NCBI GenBank assembly: GCA_964016885.1
Contig: OZ024760.1
Span: 18,538,001-18,602,000 of the forward strand
DNA length: 64,000 nucleotides
Reading direction: 5' to 3'
Source of the DNA: Eledone cirrhosa
Lineage: Eukaryota
Shown here: in pieces, positions 25,648-40,843 of the stretch
How positions within the stretch are numbered: position 1 is the stretch's first letter
Layout: each line of letters opens with the position of its first letter
Notes under the pieces: generated by a model
Database searches by the model: none
Told to the model about the DNA's origin: nothing
What the model saw: the letters and a program-made list of their open reading frames with translations, nothing else
Translations under genes and position numbers: made by a program

Positions 25648-26300
25648 ATATTAGTATGTACAACACGAGGCCCGTCACCAGGTTTTGGGGCTTGGAAGGA
25701 ATGAGGGTGTGGCGGCGTGGGAAGATTTTCCTTGGGCTTTCTTTTCTAATTCGTAAGACAGGATTTCGAAATAAGTATATCACCGTAATTGTTGTTTCTA
25801 TATATGAGGGTATACGGGTACATCAACCATTGATAAAAAAAAATAGAGCGGCGAGAGTGGGGTGCTATGCTATCCAGTACACACAACCACCACCATCATC
25901 ATCATCATCATCCTCCTTGGCGTAGGACCCCCACGTAGTCCAAATCCATCCCTCTTAGTAAGCGAAGACTTACTATTAAAAAAATGTGAAATAATAATAA
26001 AACACATTCACTGTCTGGTTTGGATTAGCGAAAACCAATCCAAACCAAACAGTGAGTGTGTTTTATTATTATTTCTAGCAATATTATAACAATATGACCC
26101 TCCCCAAATATAACAATATTTGTTTCAACACACGATTTCATATATATATATAATGTTTATCCCGGGTTCAATCGGGGGTAACCACAGTAAGTATGGTACT
26201 TATTACATAGCAGATTATAAATATTTAATATAGAAATAGCTTTTACAGGACTAGAACTGTTTCATTCAGGAGAAACAGTTCTAGTCCTGTAGAAGCCATT

Positions 26301-26358
<58 letters not shown>

Positions 26359-28829
26359 TGTTAATAACATGGGTAAGGTGCGTGCTGGGGTTATACGGAT
26401 CACCAAAGACAATGGTCAGGTTTTAAATATATTTAAAGCTTAATAAAATATACATATGTATAAATAAATATATATACAGACCTATACAACATAAATAATG
26501 TTGTTGTTGCTGTTACACACGGTAAATCCAATAAATAAGTCGTCGCTATGAGAGAAGATTGTCTTCTCACATTTATCAACAACTTCCAGTGGAAATAATT
26601 GGAACAACAAAAATAACAGCAGCCTCGTTTTGGACTTTCACAGCTTTCATTGATTTATTTGTTGTTTGAGGTGGTGGCGGTGGGGTGGTATAAGTGGTGA
26701 TGATCGTGGTTATAGTGGTGGAGTTGATGGTGGGAATGTTTGTGGCTATAGTGGTGGTGGCGAGGAGTGTGGCTGTAGTGGTGGTGGGGATGTTTGTGGC
26801 TGTAGTGGTGGTAATGGTTGTGGTGTTGGAGGTAGTGATGTGGTGATGATGGTGGTTGTGGTTGTGGTGGTGATTGTGGCTGTAGTGATGATGATGGTTG
26901 TGGTTGTGGTGATGATGATGGTTGTGGTTGTGGTGATGATGATGGTTGTGGTTGTGGTGGTGATTGTGGCTGTAGTGGTGGTGGAGATAGTGATGTGGTG
27001 ATGATGATGGTTGTGGTGGTGGTGGTGGTGGTGGTGGTAGTGATGTGGTAATGATGGTGGTTGTGGTGGTGGTGATCGTGGGGATGATTGTGGCTGTAGT
27101 GGTGGTAATGGTGAGGATGATGGTGGTGATGGTGGGGATGATTGTGGCTGTAGTGGTGGTAATGGTGAGGATGATGGTGGTGATGATTCTGGCGGTAGCA
27201 GTGGTGGGGGTGGGATGATAGTGGCTGTAGTGGTAGGAGTGGGGATGATAGTGGTGGGAGGGGGGATGATAGTGGCGGTAGTGGTGGGAGGGGGGGGGGT
27301 GATAGTGGCTATGGAGGTGTAAATAGAAAAGGTATGCCAGTGGTAGTGGTGGTAGTAATAGTAGACAGTACGTAGTACGAGAAAAAAGGTAATGCTATTG
27401 TTTCTGGCGGTGGCGGTGGCGGTAGTAATACAAAATAAAAAGTGTAAGGGAGACTACTCTGTGTAACTTATAAACTTAGCAAAAGCAAACCCAATAAATT
27501 CTATTAATATACTTATGTACAGCCGCCCCCCTCCTATCAGAACATTTCTTATCAATGGCTTGTTTACCTTTTTATACATTTTACATTTCAAAATTGATAA
27601 AGTTATATTGTAGAACAGCGTTTGGCAACCGGTGGTCTGCGAGAAAACTTTGGTGGTCCACAGAAAAATTTGGACATTTGCAATTTTTATGTCTTATTGA
27701 TAATAAAACAAATAATATTTGCTTTAAATATATTTTATAAAACCCCTAAAAAATGTCTCTCCTCGGTAAAGAACTAACATCCATGAAAGTATTTTACACA
27801 TATGTATCATCTATCGATAATATGACACACGTACGCTGTTGGTGGTCCACGGAAAAATTTGGACATTATTTGCAATTTTTATAATAATAATAATAATAAT
27901 GAAATTATTGTGTAAAGTGCTCAGGTGCACTACAACTCGTCAATATAGTACATAGAATAATACACAAATGCCAGGGAGGTACATGTTTGTATGTGTTAGC
28001 TGTAGTGTTGGCGGATCTCGGGAAGCATGGAGGCCTTAAAGGATGCAGTGTCTCGACAGCTAACAACTGATGCAGGTAGTTTGTTCCATGCTTCAGCAAC
28101 TCTGAGCATGAAAAAATGTTTATGAAAGTCATGGGAGCTGTGCTGTTTTCTGACTTTGTAGGCATACCTTAGACACTTGAAATTCAAAAAGGTGCTCAGG
28201 GTTGTTGTTGGCAACATTTAATAATTGTTTCTACTTTTGGCACAAGGCCAGCAAATACCCAGTGCATTACTGGTACTTTATTTTATCGACCCTGTAAGGA
28301 TGAAAGGCAAAGTTAACCTCGGCGGGATTTGAACTCAGCATGGCGTCCGACCCTCTACCGATACTGTCAATTCACTGCCCTACGTTTTTATTAATAATAA
28401 AACAAATATTTGTTTCAAATATATTTTATAACGTCCCTAAAAAATGTTTCTCCTCAATAAAGAACTAACATCCATGAAAGAATTTTTACACACATGTATC
28501 ATCTATCGACAATATGACACATGTACACTTCAGTATTGTTTAATAAAATGGAAGTTCTCTGATCATTATTTTACAAATGTATTTATCTTTTTTAAAAAAT
28601 TCAAATTAGTGGTCAGCAGGATTTAAAATTATTAATTTAGTGGCCCATGAGGTCTGAAAGGATAGCGACCGTTGTAGAAAATATGTTTAAGAAGGCAAGA
28701 CCATGTCTTGCTCACATAAAGCTGTTTCTAGTTTAGATGCCCTTCCCCACACCAACCAGTATATATGTATATCTGTAGTATACATAATATATTTAGTATG
28801 TGATATGTGTCAGTTTCATCATTATTTTA

Positions 28830-29110
28830 GGTGTTTTTCCACGCTTGCATAGGTTGGATGGGTCCTTTTCAGTACAGCATCTCTCCACTTGTCATCTCCT
28901 CTGTGAACTTTAGCGATCTGAAATCAGCCCCTTCCATCCGGCTTTTCCTCTACCACAGCATCCCTCCACTGAGATTACTTGGCACTTCTTCTCCCAGCAA
29001 TCATCCATGCACATCACATGTCCATAACAACACTGTCTCTTCTCCTACACACTCTGATTCCTCTTATACCCAGGTTCTACCTCAGTACATCCATGCTTTG
29101 TCGTTCTAGC
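28830..29110 (-). mobile_element. Degenerate RTE LINE ORF2 C-terminal fragment
   Basis: Frameshifted LGIRGI...YGHVM...GRG remnants resembling the RTE at 52.3-52.7 kb. Confidence 0.55.
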
Positions 29111-31254
29111 GAGTGCATAATATATGTTTGTATGAGTCAAAGATGTTGTAGATATCAGCAACCTATACTATTTCCATCAACAAACAGCTCACTGACACCG
29201 ACAGTGAGTCTACTGTATATAGTCGGGTTCTACTTTGTCTCAGTATAAGGCAGAGACTCTGAAAGTGGGTGCTACCACCCCTGGTGGAGGAGGCTATGAA
29301 TATATTATTATAGTATTATATATATATATGATATAATAGTATATTAGATATCAAATGATTCATATATAGTAAAATAAAAAATATATATTTACACATAGTA
29401 TATATTATATTATTTATTATATATTAGCTACAGTTTGTGTATAGACAGGTCTCTCTGGAAATAGGGGTGGGGGGTCACTGAGGATATTACATGGCCATGA
29501 AGGTATAAGTGACCCAAAACCTTTGAGGACCTCTGGTAGAAGGGAACGCTCTCTGGCATGCAGAAACCCTGATACAAGCACTTGAGAAGAAACTAAATGG
29601 TGCATAGACTAAAATACATAGGGTTGTACCAAATATAAACTGGTATCAATATATTGCAAATGAAAGTTTACATGGAAACTTGTCCAAAATAACAACTAAA
29701 ATTGCTCAAAGATGGTTATGATTTGCAGGACATTGCTTGAGAAGTAAGCAGGAAGTTATACACAAAATACTAGTACTCGAATAAAAGAGTGTGCCTTTCA
29801 TTGTGAAAGGTTTTGATCAAACCTGGGCTGACATCAGACAACATGCAATCAGAGAGATGAAATTCAAATTCAAATCTTGAATTAAGACTAACCCTTTAGC
29901 ATTTACATTACTCTATATATACTATCATATTTTCATGGTAAAGGCTTTACCTCACATAATATCTCACATAACATTTACATTACTTTATATATACTATCAT
30001 ATTTTCATGATAAAGGTTTTATCTTACATAATTATCTCATAATATCGAATCTATGAGATTTTGATATTTATTTTAAGAACACTACCTTATCATAATTATG
30101 AGTGGCTAGTTACAGCCGGTTTGAGCAGAAAGAGGTGAGAGAATTCTGGCTGGATACAGCCGGTTTAAATGATAAAGGGTTAACGTTAGTATGAACAGCC
30201 GGTTAAGACCAGAAAGAGATGAGGTATTTCTGACTGGATATAGCCGGTTTAAATGTGAAAGGGCTAAACAAGAACAACAATAATAATGATCTTTGTATAT
30301 AGTTTATACAGATAACATAAAAAATATTTTTTTTTTCAAATGCAAACCCACATACACTCTCTCTTCAATATTATTATTATGAGACAGAGAGTTTTGTAGA
30401 CAATACCAAAATATTTTATACATATATACATGTTTGTGTATATATATATATATAAAAATATCCTTATATATTATATATATATATACACATATATTATACA
30501 TACATATATATATATTTATTCATATATATATATATCATATTCATATATATATATATATCATATTCATATATATATATATATCATATTCATATATATATAT
30601 TATATTCATATATATATATATATCATATTCATATATATATATTATATTCATATATATATATATATCATATTCATATATATATATATTATATTCATATATA
30701 TATATATATCATATTCATATATATATATATATATTATATTCATATATATATATATATATATATACATACATACACATATATATATGCACACACACACATA
30801 CATACACACATATATACACAGAAATATATACATATAAACACACAAAACAATGCAATCAAGATGAGGGAGAAGGTGGGTGGGGGAGGTGAGTGAGAGGCAT
30901 ACAGTATGTCTGGGGGCATTGGGTGAAGGTGGAGAAAGACATGTGCAAGAAATCCATTCAGTTTGAGTTTTGGTTTTGTTATTCATATAGGCAATGAAGC
31001 CCTTAACTTGTAGAAGAAAAAGGAACTGAAATGTTGAGGTGAAAATCCGTTCCATTGTTTGATATCTAAGCAAGCAATTTCCCTATTATATGAGAATTGA
31101 AGGCAGGCAGAAGTCTTTTGTATCCATATATAATATATATATTATTAAAAAGTCTTGGGTACCCTTATATATATATATATTTACTCTCAGGTTTTGAATA
31201 ATTGTCCCCACTCAACCCGATTATTAATTTTTCAGATTTATTTAGGACCCGAAA

Positions 31255-31424
<170 letters not shown>

Positions 31425-31508
31425 GATGATGATATGTATATATATATATATATATAAATATATATATATGTATGTATATATATATATATATGTATATATA
31501 TATGTATG

Positions 31509-31543
<35 letters not shown>

Positions 31544-31773
31544 GTATATATATATATACATACACACACACACACACGTGTGTGTGTATATACGATTTCT
31601 GTAATATCAGCATTTTTAAAAATGTTATTCGTATATAATATATATATATATATATTCTTATATATGTTATTCTTATTTAATAAATATTTGCTCCACGGTT
31701 CTTATATATTTGATATATATTTATCCTTATCGAGCCCTCTTTGGATTTTAGTCTTCAAATTTATTATTATTAC

Positions 31774-31806
<33 letters not shown>

Positions 31807-32715
31807 TTGTCTCTGACCCATGGTGTTCTCAGTACAGGAACATGCAGTTATATTTACATGCCTGTCACACACTGTAAATCATCATCATCATCATCATCAT
31901 CATTTTACGTCCGCTTTTCCCTGCTTGCAAGGGTGGAACGGGAACTGATTCTGGCTTGATTTCTACAGCTGGATGCCCTTCCTAACACCAACCTCATTTA
32001 CAGTGAGTGCTGGGTGCTTTTTTACCGTGGCACCTCCACGACCACTTTGCAGTGGAATGATATGGACCCCAGTCCCTATCATCTCATTTCTACAGCTGAA
32101 TAAACTGGAGCAATGTGAAATAAAGAGTCTTGCTCAAGGAAACAACACATCCCCCGGTCTGAGAATTGAACTCGCAACCTTTCGATTGCAAGCCCAATGC
32201 TCTAACCACTAAGCCATGTGCCTTGTTAAATATTATGCAGAAATGTGGAGAAAACAAACTGCAAGAAGCACTTGCACACATGTAGCCACATAACACACAA
32301 TTACAGTGACTTCCTTTGTTGTCCGTCTGTCTGTCTGTCTATCTGTCACATGTAGGCACATAAATTTAATAAAGTGCAGCATGACCACGTTCTTCCTGTA
32401 TGACTAGCAATGGCTGGAAGTATTTTAGGTTACATGCATGCCCATTAAAATTATGCATCTCATGCACAATTACACAGCAAGAGAAAAACACACTAATACT
32501 TAGACACACACACACATGCAATCATACAGTTACTGATATATACATACTCTCAGTAACATACACACACACACATGCAATCATACAGTTACTGATATATACA
32601 TACACTCAGTAACATACACACATGCAATCGTACACTCAGTAACACACACATACATACATACATACACAGTGCGTTTATCATGCCATACAGACATCTGACG
32701 ACATGATCAGTTCCT

Positions 32716-35700
32716 TCAAATAACTTTGGTCGCCTCTTCAACTTCGGTTGTAACCTCCTGTCCACATATCACTGTCTCTTCCTCGCCCTCATCTGTCTGG
32801 TTAACAAACTGCAGTATGACAACAGTGTGACCATCTTCTTCAACAACGGTTGGATGAATTTCAGGCACCCTGATGCTGTCACCCTGTCCAGTGAAGACAG
32901 CGTTGGACAAACTATGCAGAGCCTCTGCAGCCATCCTGGGTAAAATCCCATCAGTGGTAGCCACAGCGATGCTAGTGTCAGCCCCGAGGGTGATAATAGT
33001 TTCTTCTTCCTTATTACCACTGTTACTATCATCATTATTGTTGATGTTAATGCTCTTCAAAGTGAGGTTCGTCTCGTTCTTCAAGCTGTTCTTTTGCGAT
33101 CGGTCAACCTGCTTGCGGAGGTTTCCCAGGAAGTTCAGCTCTTTCAGTTTGTGCAGTCGTTCCGGATGTTTCTTCCGGTAGTGTCGGATCAGTGTGTGCC
33201 GGTGTCCGCACTTGGCGTTGCAGCAGTCACAGACATACATCAAGCCGCTGTGGAAAATCTGCGTATGTTTTCGCAGCTCGTAGCTCTTAACAAACTTCTT
33301 TCCGCAGTACTCGCACATCAGCTTGTTGGTCATCGTGTGCTCAAGTCGATGTCGGTTCAGTTGATCGGGGTACTTGAACTTCTTGTCACAATACGAACAG
33401 ACAAAGTGCTTCTCCTGGGAGTGCGAAAACATGTGAGTCTTCATGTTGCCTTTCTGGCGAAATTCCTTACCACATGTCTTGCAGGTGTACTTGGGCGGTG
33501 CATCTGAATGGAACTGCCTCATGTGTGATACGAGGCTGGTCTTCGTCTTAACAATCTTGCCGCACTCAGCGCACTGATGCTGATATTTGTTCTCGTGCAC
33601 AGAGGCCTTGTGCTCTTTCAGGTAAGTGATGTAGTGAAATCGTTTCCCACAGATGTCGCATTCACAAGTCTTCTCTCCGTGGCACTTCAGGTGCTTGTTC
33701 AGGTTGCTGACAGTGACAAAAGACTTACCGCACAGATGGCAGATGAGATTGTCGTGAATGTAGACCTGGTTGTGGCGTCGGACAACACGCACTAAAGTGC
33801 CATCGGGCAAACGACAGCTGTGGTCGTTGAGGTAGTCTTTGCGATAAAACATCTTGTTGCATACTTCACACTTAAACTGCGGTTCACCATGGATAATCTG
33901 GTGCCGACTAAGATACTTATCCGAGCGGAACGTCTTAAGACATATCTCACAACGTGCCTCATCTCCGTCCAACAATCTGTGGCAGGAATGTGTCTGGAGG
34001 CTGCCACGTTTCACAAATCTTTTGCCACACCGTAGACAATCAAATGGGTGTGTATGCTTCTGGAAATGGTCCCGATAATCTTTAGCGTCGGTGAATGTGG
34101 CATCACACTGGTCACATGCAACTGAGCCTTCACGTTTGATGATCGCTTGGCTCAAACACAGCCTCTTGTGCCAGATTAACTCTTCATTCCTGTTGAATCC
34201 CTTCAGACAGATGTCGCATTCGTAGTTGGTCGTGTGTGTGGCTTCGTGGTTGTTCAAGTGCTGCAGGTTGGTAAAGGCCTTTTTACACACCCGACACGCA
34301 AGCTTGCTGTCGTTCTCTTTAGCAGATTCCTCGGCCAACGGTGTACACTCGTGTTCCTTCAGTGCCTCTTCAGCAGCAAATGACCGCCGACACTTGAAGC
34401 AGTGCAACGAGAAACAACGCAGTAGGTGATTCTCGAGACCGAGTTTCGTCGAGAACGTGCGACCACAATTGTGGCAAGAGTTAATGTTTTCAGCAGCAGC
34501 CCTCGCAGGGTCACAGCGCAGAATATGTTTCTGCATGGAGTCCTTGCGTGAGAAACATCGACCACATTGCTCACATTTGAAAATATCTGTATGCATTGCT
34601 AAATGTCGGAAGAGGTACTTCGCAGTGCGAAAACTCTGTTCACATATATCACACTGGTGTAGAACCCCCTCTTTTTCCTCCACTTTCGTGCTACCACTAC
34701 TACACATATGGCTAGCCAATAGATGGCGCTGTGAGAACTTCCTTTTACATCGATCACATTTCCAGTGTTCAGTTGGTACTGTCACCGACCTTTCACCTGG
34801 TTCCAGCTGTGAGGTAGAGATCTCTGAATCTTCAGGTGCATAATTTACAGTGTCACCAATATCATCGCCAATCTCTACGGCAGTTGAGTTGGCGTTGCTG
34901 TCACACCGATGTTTCATCAAGGATTCCTTACGTGTAAATCTTTTGCAGCAGAAATCACATCGAAAGCGATCAGTGTGAGCTGGTGCGTGAAGTTTCAGAT
35001 ATTTTATGTTGGTGAATCTTTTACCACAGACGCAACAGGCGTAGAGAATAGCATCATCAGTCTTGTCAATCAAAATATCAATACCGTTATCTTTAGCAAT
35101 AAATTTGCACTTCTTTTTATAATCAAGAACATCAATGACAGAATCCTGGTTATCCTCGTTGACTGCGTCAGACTCCTTGAAATCAGAGTCTAACACTTCT
35201 CCTTCTTCGCATTCAACCTCATCTAAAATATCATCAGTCTCGTCATCTACCAAATCCATGTTTTCATTGTCGATTGCCGACATAGATATCTTCTCGCTGT
35301 CGTTGTTCTCGGACTCAACATTCTGCGGGGATTTATTTTTCAATGGAGACTGCTCTTGGGTAGCTTTTACTTTGACGGCTGCTGGTGAGGTACTGCTTGT
35401 GATCTTGTTATTGCTGACAGACAACACAACAGCATTTGTGATGGGCAGTGGAGCTGCCTGCGTTTGTAATGTCTTCGGGGGTCTACCGCGGCGCCGTGTT
35501 ATACCTGGCACCTTTACACTTTCTGGTAAAACCTTTTTTTCCACAACTTTCTCAGTTTTAGGTGTTTTACTAGACTTCTCTTCCTCAATAGCTTTGTTGC
35601 CAGTGGTTCTAATACCCTTCAATCGTCTGGTGGGTAACACTCGTGCTAGATTTTGTAGGGGTGAGCTAGATTGGACAGGGGACTGGCTAGAACTGAATTT

Positions 35701-38396
35701 CACTTTCTTAGGGATTGAAGGTTCTGACACTGACTTGTCACTGTCAGAACTTGCTTTTGGCTTTCTGCCTAAATGGAGGGCCTGACGTGTGCGCTTCCTA
35801 GGCCGACCTGGTCCGCGTGTCTTTTTAAGTGGCTCTTCTTTCGAGGAGTTAGCTTCACTACAGCTACTTTTATCTGCACCATCACTTGCTATGGGCTGGC
35901 AACTCTCTGATGAACTCTTTATAATCCCCCCTTCTTCTGTGACCAGTTCTGATGGCGCTTTACTTCCATCATTCTCAGACTCGCCTTCACTGTCTTTAAT
36001 CAGCCAAGCAGCATCAGTAACATAGTCAACAAACTCTACCAGCTTGTTAACTTTGTTGTCAGGTGTCTCACTTGACGTAACAAGTTTTTCTAACTTCCCT
36101 TCACCACCATCATGGTTACCCCCAGAATCCTTCGTCTCTAAAACAGTGTCTGAATCATTTTTAGAAACTTCAACAAATTTTGATTCCTCAGGATCCTCTA
36201 GCTTATTTACTTTGCATAGAATGTCAGTCTTGACCGGCACACAATCGTTAACATCACCACCATTGTCTTTCTCTTCCTTTGCCAGAACCCTGACACTGTT
36301 TACATCTAACTGTACAATTTCACAAGACTGACCATCCAGAACTAAGCTGTTACCATCTGCCTTCATGTCCACCTCTTCTGTAACTATAGCGCAGCTATCA
36401 ACAAGAGACTGGACAATTGTTGATTCTTGCTGCTGCTGTTCCTGTTGTTGTTGTTGTTGTTGCTGCTGTTCCTGTTGCTCCTGCTGCTGTTCCTGTTGTT
36501 GTTGTTGTTGCTGTTGCTGTTCCTGTTGTTGTTGTTGTTGCTGTTCCTGTTGTTGTTGTTGCTCCTGTTCCTGTTGTTGTTGTTGCGCCTGCTCCTGTTG
36601 TTGTTGTTGCTCCTGTTGTTGTTGTTGCTCCTGTTGTTGTTGTTGTTGCTGCTGCTGCTGCTGCTCCTGTTGTTGTTGTTGTTCCTGCTGCTGTTGTTGT
36701 TGTTGCTGTGCAGCTTTCTCAGTCAACATTTGATTTTGAAACTCTGCATGAGCTCTTATTATTTCTTTAACCATAAACTCAGAAGATAACACTCCAGATT
36801 CCTGGAGAGATTTTTCAGCCGAATTCACTTCCACCGTCGTCGAATCAACGACTTCTTCGAATTTCTCGCTAATAATCGATTCCTCTACAACAGGACTCTT
36901 ACAAATGACCGAATCTGCAGTCACTTCCACCACAGATTTATTACAAATGACAGTCTCTTCTATGATAGTGGGTATGATGATATTTTTGTCATCCTCAATA
37001 GGTGTAGTTTGCACAAGGAAGTTTTCACACTTAATCGTGTCAACCATTTTCTCCTCCTCTTGTGACTGAGACATCCCGATCATATTTTTATACATTTCAG
37101 ATATACTTTCATTCACCTGAGCATTTTCAACATGCACTAGCTGCACTGTAGATGAAGTTACAGGTATATTCTGATCAATATTGGTGTTGTTATTGCTGTC
37201 ACTAGTGCTAACTTCCTGGATAAAACCAGCATTAGGCACTGTTTTAATATACATATTAGTAATTCCTTCAAAATCTTCAGAAACAGTAACAGTATTGACC
37301 TGTTGACAACTCTCATCTTTGTAATCAAGGTTACCGTCCTCAAGCGATATTTTGGCTTCAAGAAGAGCTATTTTGGTAATATCAGGTTTCTGGCAAGTGT
37401 TACCCATGCTTTCATCTTTGCTATCAAAGGTCTTCTCAATTAGTTCAACCCCAGAAAGGTTCTTTTCTAAAATCAAGTTATTAGATTCTGTAGAATTTCC
37501 GTATCCACTGAAATTAGCCTCACAGAGGCCAACTTTGGTCGACGTGTCGGCATCTTCACTTAATTTACTTTCTTCAACAGATTCTGATGAAATAACAACA
37601 TTTTTGTCATTATTATTATTATCATCATCATTATTATTATTATTGTTGTTATTATTATTATTATTATAAGTATCATTTTTGAAATTCTGTGTTGGACAAG
37701 GATCAGGTTCTGCTTCTGTCAGCTCACAGTATGTCTGGCTCCCATCGGAAAGATTATTTACATTATCATTAGTCCCAGATCCTGTATCAACAACTACCTG
37801 GTCCTCCTCACCATTATCGTGGTCATCACTGCTGCCCTTATCAAGGGCAGCTGCTAAATCCTCACTGGTCTGATCCTCATATTCAAACAGATTTCCCTTT
37901 GAGCCTTGCAGTTTTACTTTACTGTGCTTAGAAAAGAGATGGTTCCACATGATATCAAGTCGGTAACTACGGTAACTGCATTCTATACATCGCAGGATCT
38001 GGCCCTTGTGCTTTTTCATATGCCGTTGATAGTTGCTCCTGTTCGCGAAGCCAATGTTACAAACCGAACAGTGGAACTTGGACTTCCGGCCACGAGTTTT
38101 TCCCCCTCGAGGATTGCTGTTGGGAACGAGGTGGGCCCTCAAGTGTTTGGCTAGCTCCACCTGGCTGTTGAAGATGCTATCACACTTGCTGCACTTGTAC
38201 TCCTTAATCTCCTCACTTTGGATTAACGACAGGATGTGGTTCCTGTACAGTTTGTCGCAGTCGTTCTGCATCCTCTCCAGGGACTCTTCTGATACCGTCA
38301 CCACTTCTGTCGCAGCCTCGTGTTGTAGAATTGCAACAGTTGCATCTGCACCTATCTCATTACTGTTGTTTTTTTCATTTAGCAATGACAGCATCA
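32716..38396 (-). CDS. PRDM15-like: PRDM15-like protein, 5.7-kb terminal exon (23 C2H2/C2HC fingers, 2 AT-hooks, polyQ/E, polyN)
   Basis: 1893-codon open frame; acceptor ATTCTAG, phase 1 matching the previous exon; 3 N-terminal plus 20 C-terminal fingers; RGPGRPRK and RRRGRPPK. Confidence 0.92.
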
Positions 38397-38716
38397 CTAG
38401 AATAACAAAAGAACAAAAAAAGGGAGAGATTTTACAAGGTAGGCCAAAAAGGTAAGAAAAGGGGTCTAAAATTCTAATAAAATTAGAGCTGGAAGTAAAG
38501 AAACCTTATGATTTATCAAGGCATTTGGATGAATTGAAATCATAATACTGTTAGAAAATCAGGTAAAATATCCTTAACCCTTTAGCATTTAAACTGGCCA
38601 TATCCGGCCAGAATTCTCTCACCTCTTTCTGTTCAAACTAACCATAACTGGCTGCTCATACTGATGTTAAGGTATTGTTTTCAAAATAAATAATATGAAA
38701 ATTTCATAGATTCGAT

Positions 38717-39228
38717 ATTATGTGAGGTAAAGCCTTTACTGTGAAAATACAATAGTATATATAGAGTAATGTAAATGTTATGTGAGGTATTATGTGAGGT
38801 AAAGCCTTTACTGTGAAAATACAATAGTATATATAGAGTAATGTAAATGTTATGTGAGATATTATGTGAGGTAAAGCCTTTACTGTGAAAATACAATAGT
38901 ATATATAGAGTAATGTAAATGTTATGTGAGGTATTATGTGAGGTAAAGCCTTTACTGTGAAAATACAATAGTATATATAGAGTAATGTAAATGTTATGTG
39001 AGATATTATGTGAGGTAAAGCCTTTACTGTGAAAATACAATAGTATATATAGAGTAATGTAAATGTTATGTGAGGTATTATGTGAAGTAAAGCCTTTACT
39101 GTGAAAATACAATAGTATATATAGAGTAATGTAAATGTTATGTGAGATATTATGTGAGGTAAAGCCTTTACTGTGAAAATACAATAGTATATATAGAGTA
39201 ATGTAAATGTTATGTGAGATATTATGGG
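38717..39228. repeat. 72-bp tandem repeat (~7 copies) amplified inside a piggyBac MITE
   Basis: Unit matches the MITE internal sequence; alternating ggtatt/gatatt variants give a 144-bp dimer. Confidence 0.9.
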
Positions 39229-39767
39229 TACTTTGTCTTTCATCCTTTCAGGGTCAAGAAAATAAAGTACCAGTAATGCATTGGGTTCAATTTAATCGAC
39301 TTTCTCCTCCGACGAAAAAAGTCTAATCATTCTTCTGTCGAGATTAGCTTTGCCTTCCATCTTTACAGTTTTTTTTTTATTAAGTTACGTTACAAATACT
39401 ATCTTAATAATGAAATAAATACAAATGTTCATAAATTCAACCCCACTCCCCACAAATTCTTTCATTAATTAATCTAAACACATTAATTTCATTAATTAAT
39501 CTAAAGGCGGTGGATTGGCAGTATCAGTAGAGGGTCGGACGCCATGCTTTGATGCATAGAGTTACGGCCCTTGCCATTCTGAGTTCAAATCCCGCCGAGG
39601 TTAACTTTGCCTTTCATCCTTACGGGGTCGATAAAATAAAGTACCAGTAATACACTGGATAATTGCTGGCCTTGTGCCAAAAATAGAAACAATTAATTAA
39701 TCTAAACACAGTGTATTTCATTAGAAATACAGTAAGGAAAGGGTTAAACTTGAAACTGCAGCCTTAC

Positions 39768-40014
39768 CCTTATAATCCTTGGTAGGTTCCACAGGTTTGC
39801 CCAACTTTTTAGCAAAGTGTGAGGCATACCAGACTTTGAGTTGTTCTCCTTCGTGAATATTTCGGATGCTACTGTAGAAGATGTTTGTCCCCATCTGGTA
39901 AGCAATGCAGTTCCGTTCTTCCTCGTTTTGTGCACATTGGACCAAACACATCCAGTTACAATCATTCTCGTTTGAAGTGTCGAGAGAGACAATGGCGCCA
40001 TCTTTAGACAAAAT
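39768..40014 (-). CDS. PRDM15-like: PRDM15-like exon, PR/SET domain C-terminal half
   Basis: ILSKDG...DTSNENDCNWMCLV...IFYSSIRNIHEGEQLKVWYASHFAKKLGKP with the NWM and L-x-VWY PR motifs. Confidence 0.95.
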
Positions 40015-40446
40015 CTAGAACATGAACAATGCAAGAGTTATAAAAAAATAAATATGCAACATTTCTGCTCCGTTTAAAAAAAAAAAAAAATTTTACTTAA
40101 TTTTCTGATTCAAATGAATGTTTATGGTGTCCTTCTTATCATCTATCATCCGGTCCCCAACCCCTGCTTATTAATTTTTCAGGACCCCCTTCCACCCATA
40201 TTCACACTTATTAAATTTTGCTAATCTATCTCTGGTGAAATTTTATTTTAAGTCGTAGCATTCCTGCAACATTTAATTTTCTTTATACATTAAAAAAAAA
40301 CATTACACATGACAAAAAAAAATACATTACTAGAAATCCCATATGTTATAAAATAAATAGGATGGGTTGGAGGGGATCTCAATATGCAAACTAAATGACT
40401 AATTGTGGTTTTTTAAAAAATAAATGGAGACAACCTAGAAAAATTA

Positions 40447-40614
40447 CTGTATTTCCTGGTGCCAAAGACACTGTGTACTCGAGGATGCACTCTAATTTTG
40501 ACAACCAAAAATTTGAAAAAAACTAATAGACAACCTTTGGCCTCCAGGACACACGGTAGATTTTTGAGACTTATTTTAGGACAAAAGTAGTGACTTCGAC
40601 GCCGGGAAATACGG
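40447..40614. mobile_element. pogo/Tc1-type MITE
   Basis: TA-CTGTATTTCCTGGTG ... CGCCGGGAAATACGG-TA. Confidence 0.65.
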
Positions 40615-40680
40615 TACTGATTTTCCAACCACCTCCCTCCCTAGTATTTGGGATCCAAGAGAAGCAATCATAGGTATTAC

Positions 40681-40843
40681 CTTTAGAATGAAGACATTGT
40701 CACCATCAAGATCTTGAGTTGTCCTTCTGGCCTCAAAAGGTCCAAACTGGGTCTTAGCAGCTATAACTTCTTGCGCCACGACAGTCAGGGACGAATCTAT
40801 GTGTTCCAACAACATCAAATTGGAAGGTAGTGTAAGGCGTGCC
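40681..40843 (-). CDS. PRDM15-like: PRDM15-like exon, PR/SET domain N-terminal half
   Basis: (K)ARLTLPSNL...KTQFGPFEARR...VFILK; phases 2/0. Confidence 0.93.

Noticed and set aside
33094-38455. Plus-strand ORFs overlapping the zinc-finger exon (poly-Cys, poly-Leu, 216 aa)
   Set aside because: Antisense shadows of the long coding exon and its CAG/CAA repeat
38681-39243. 167- and 179-aa repetitive ORFs
   Set aside because: Result of a stop-free 72-bp tandem unit derived from a MITE
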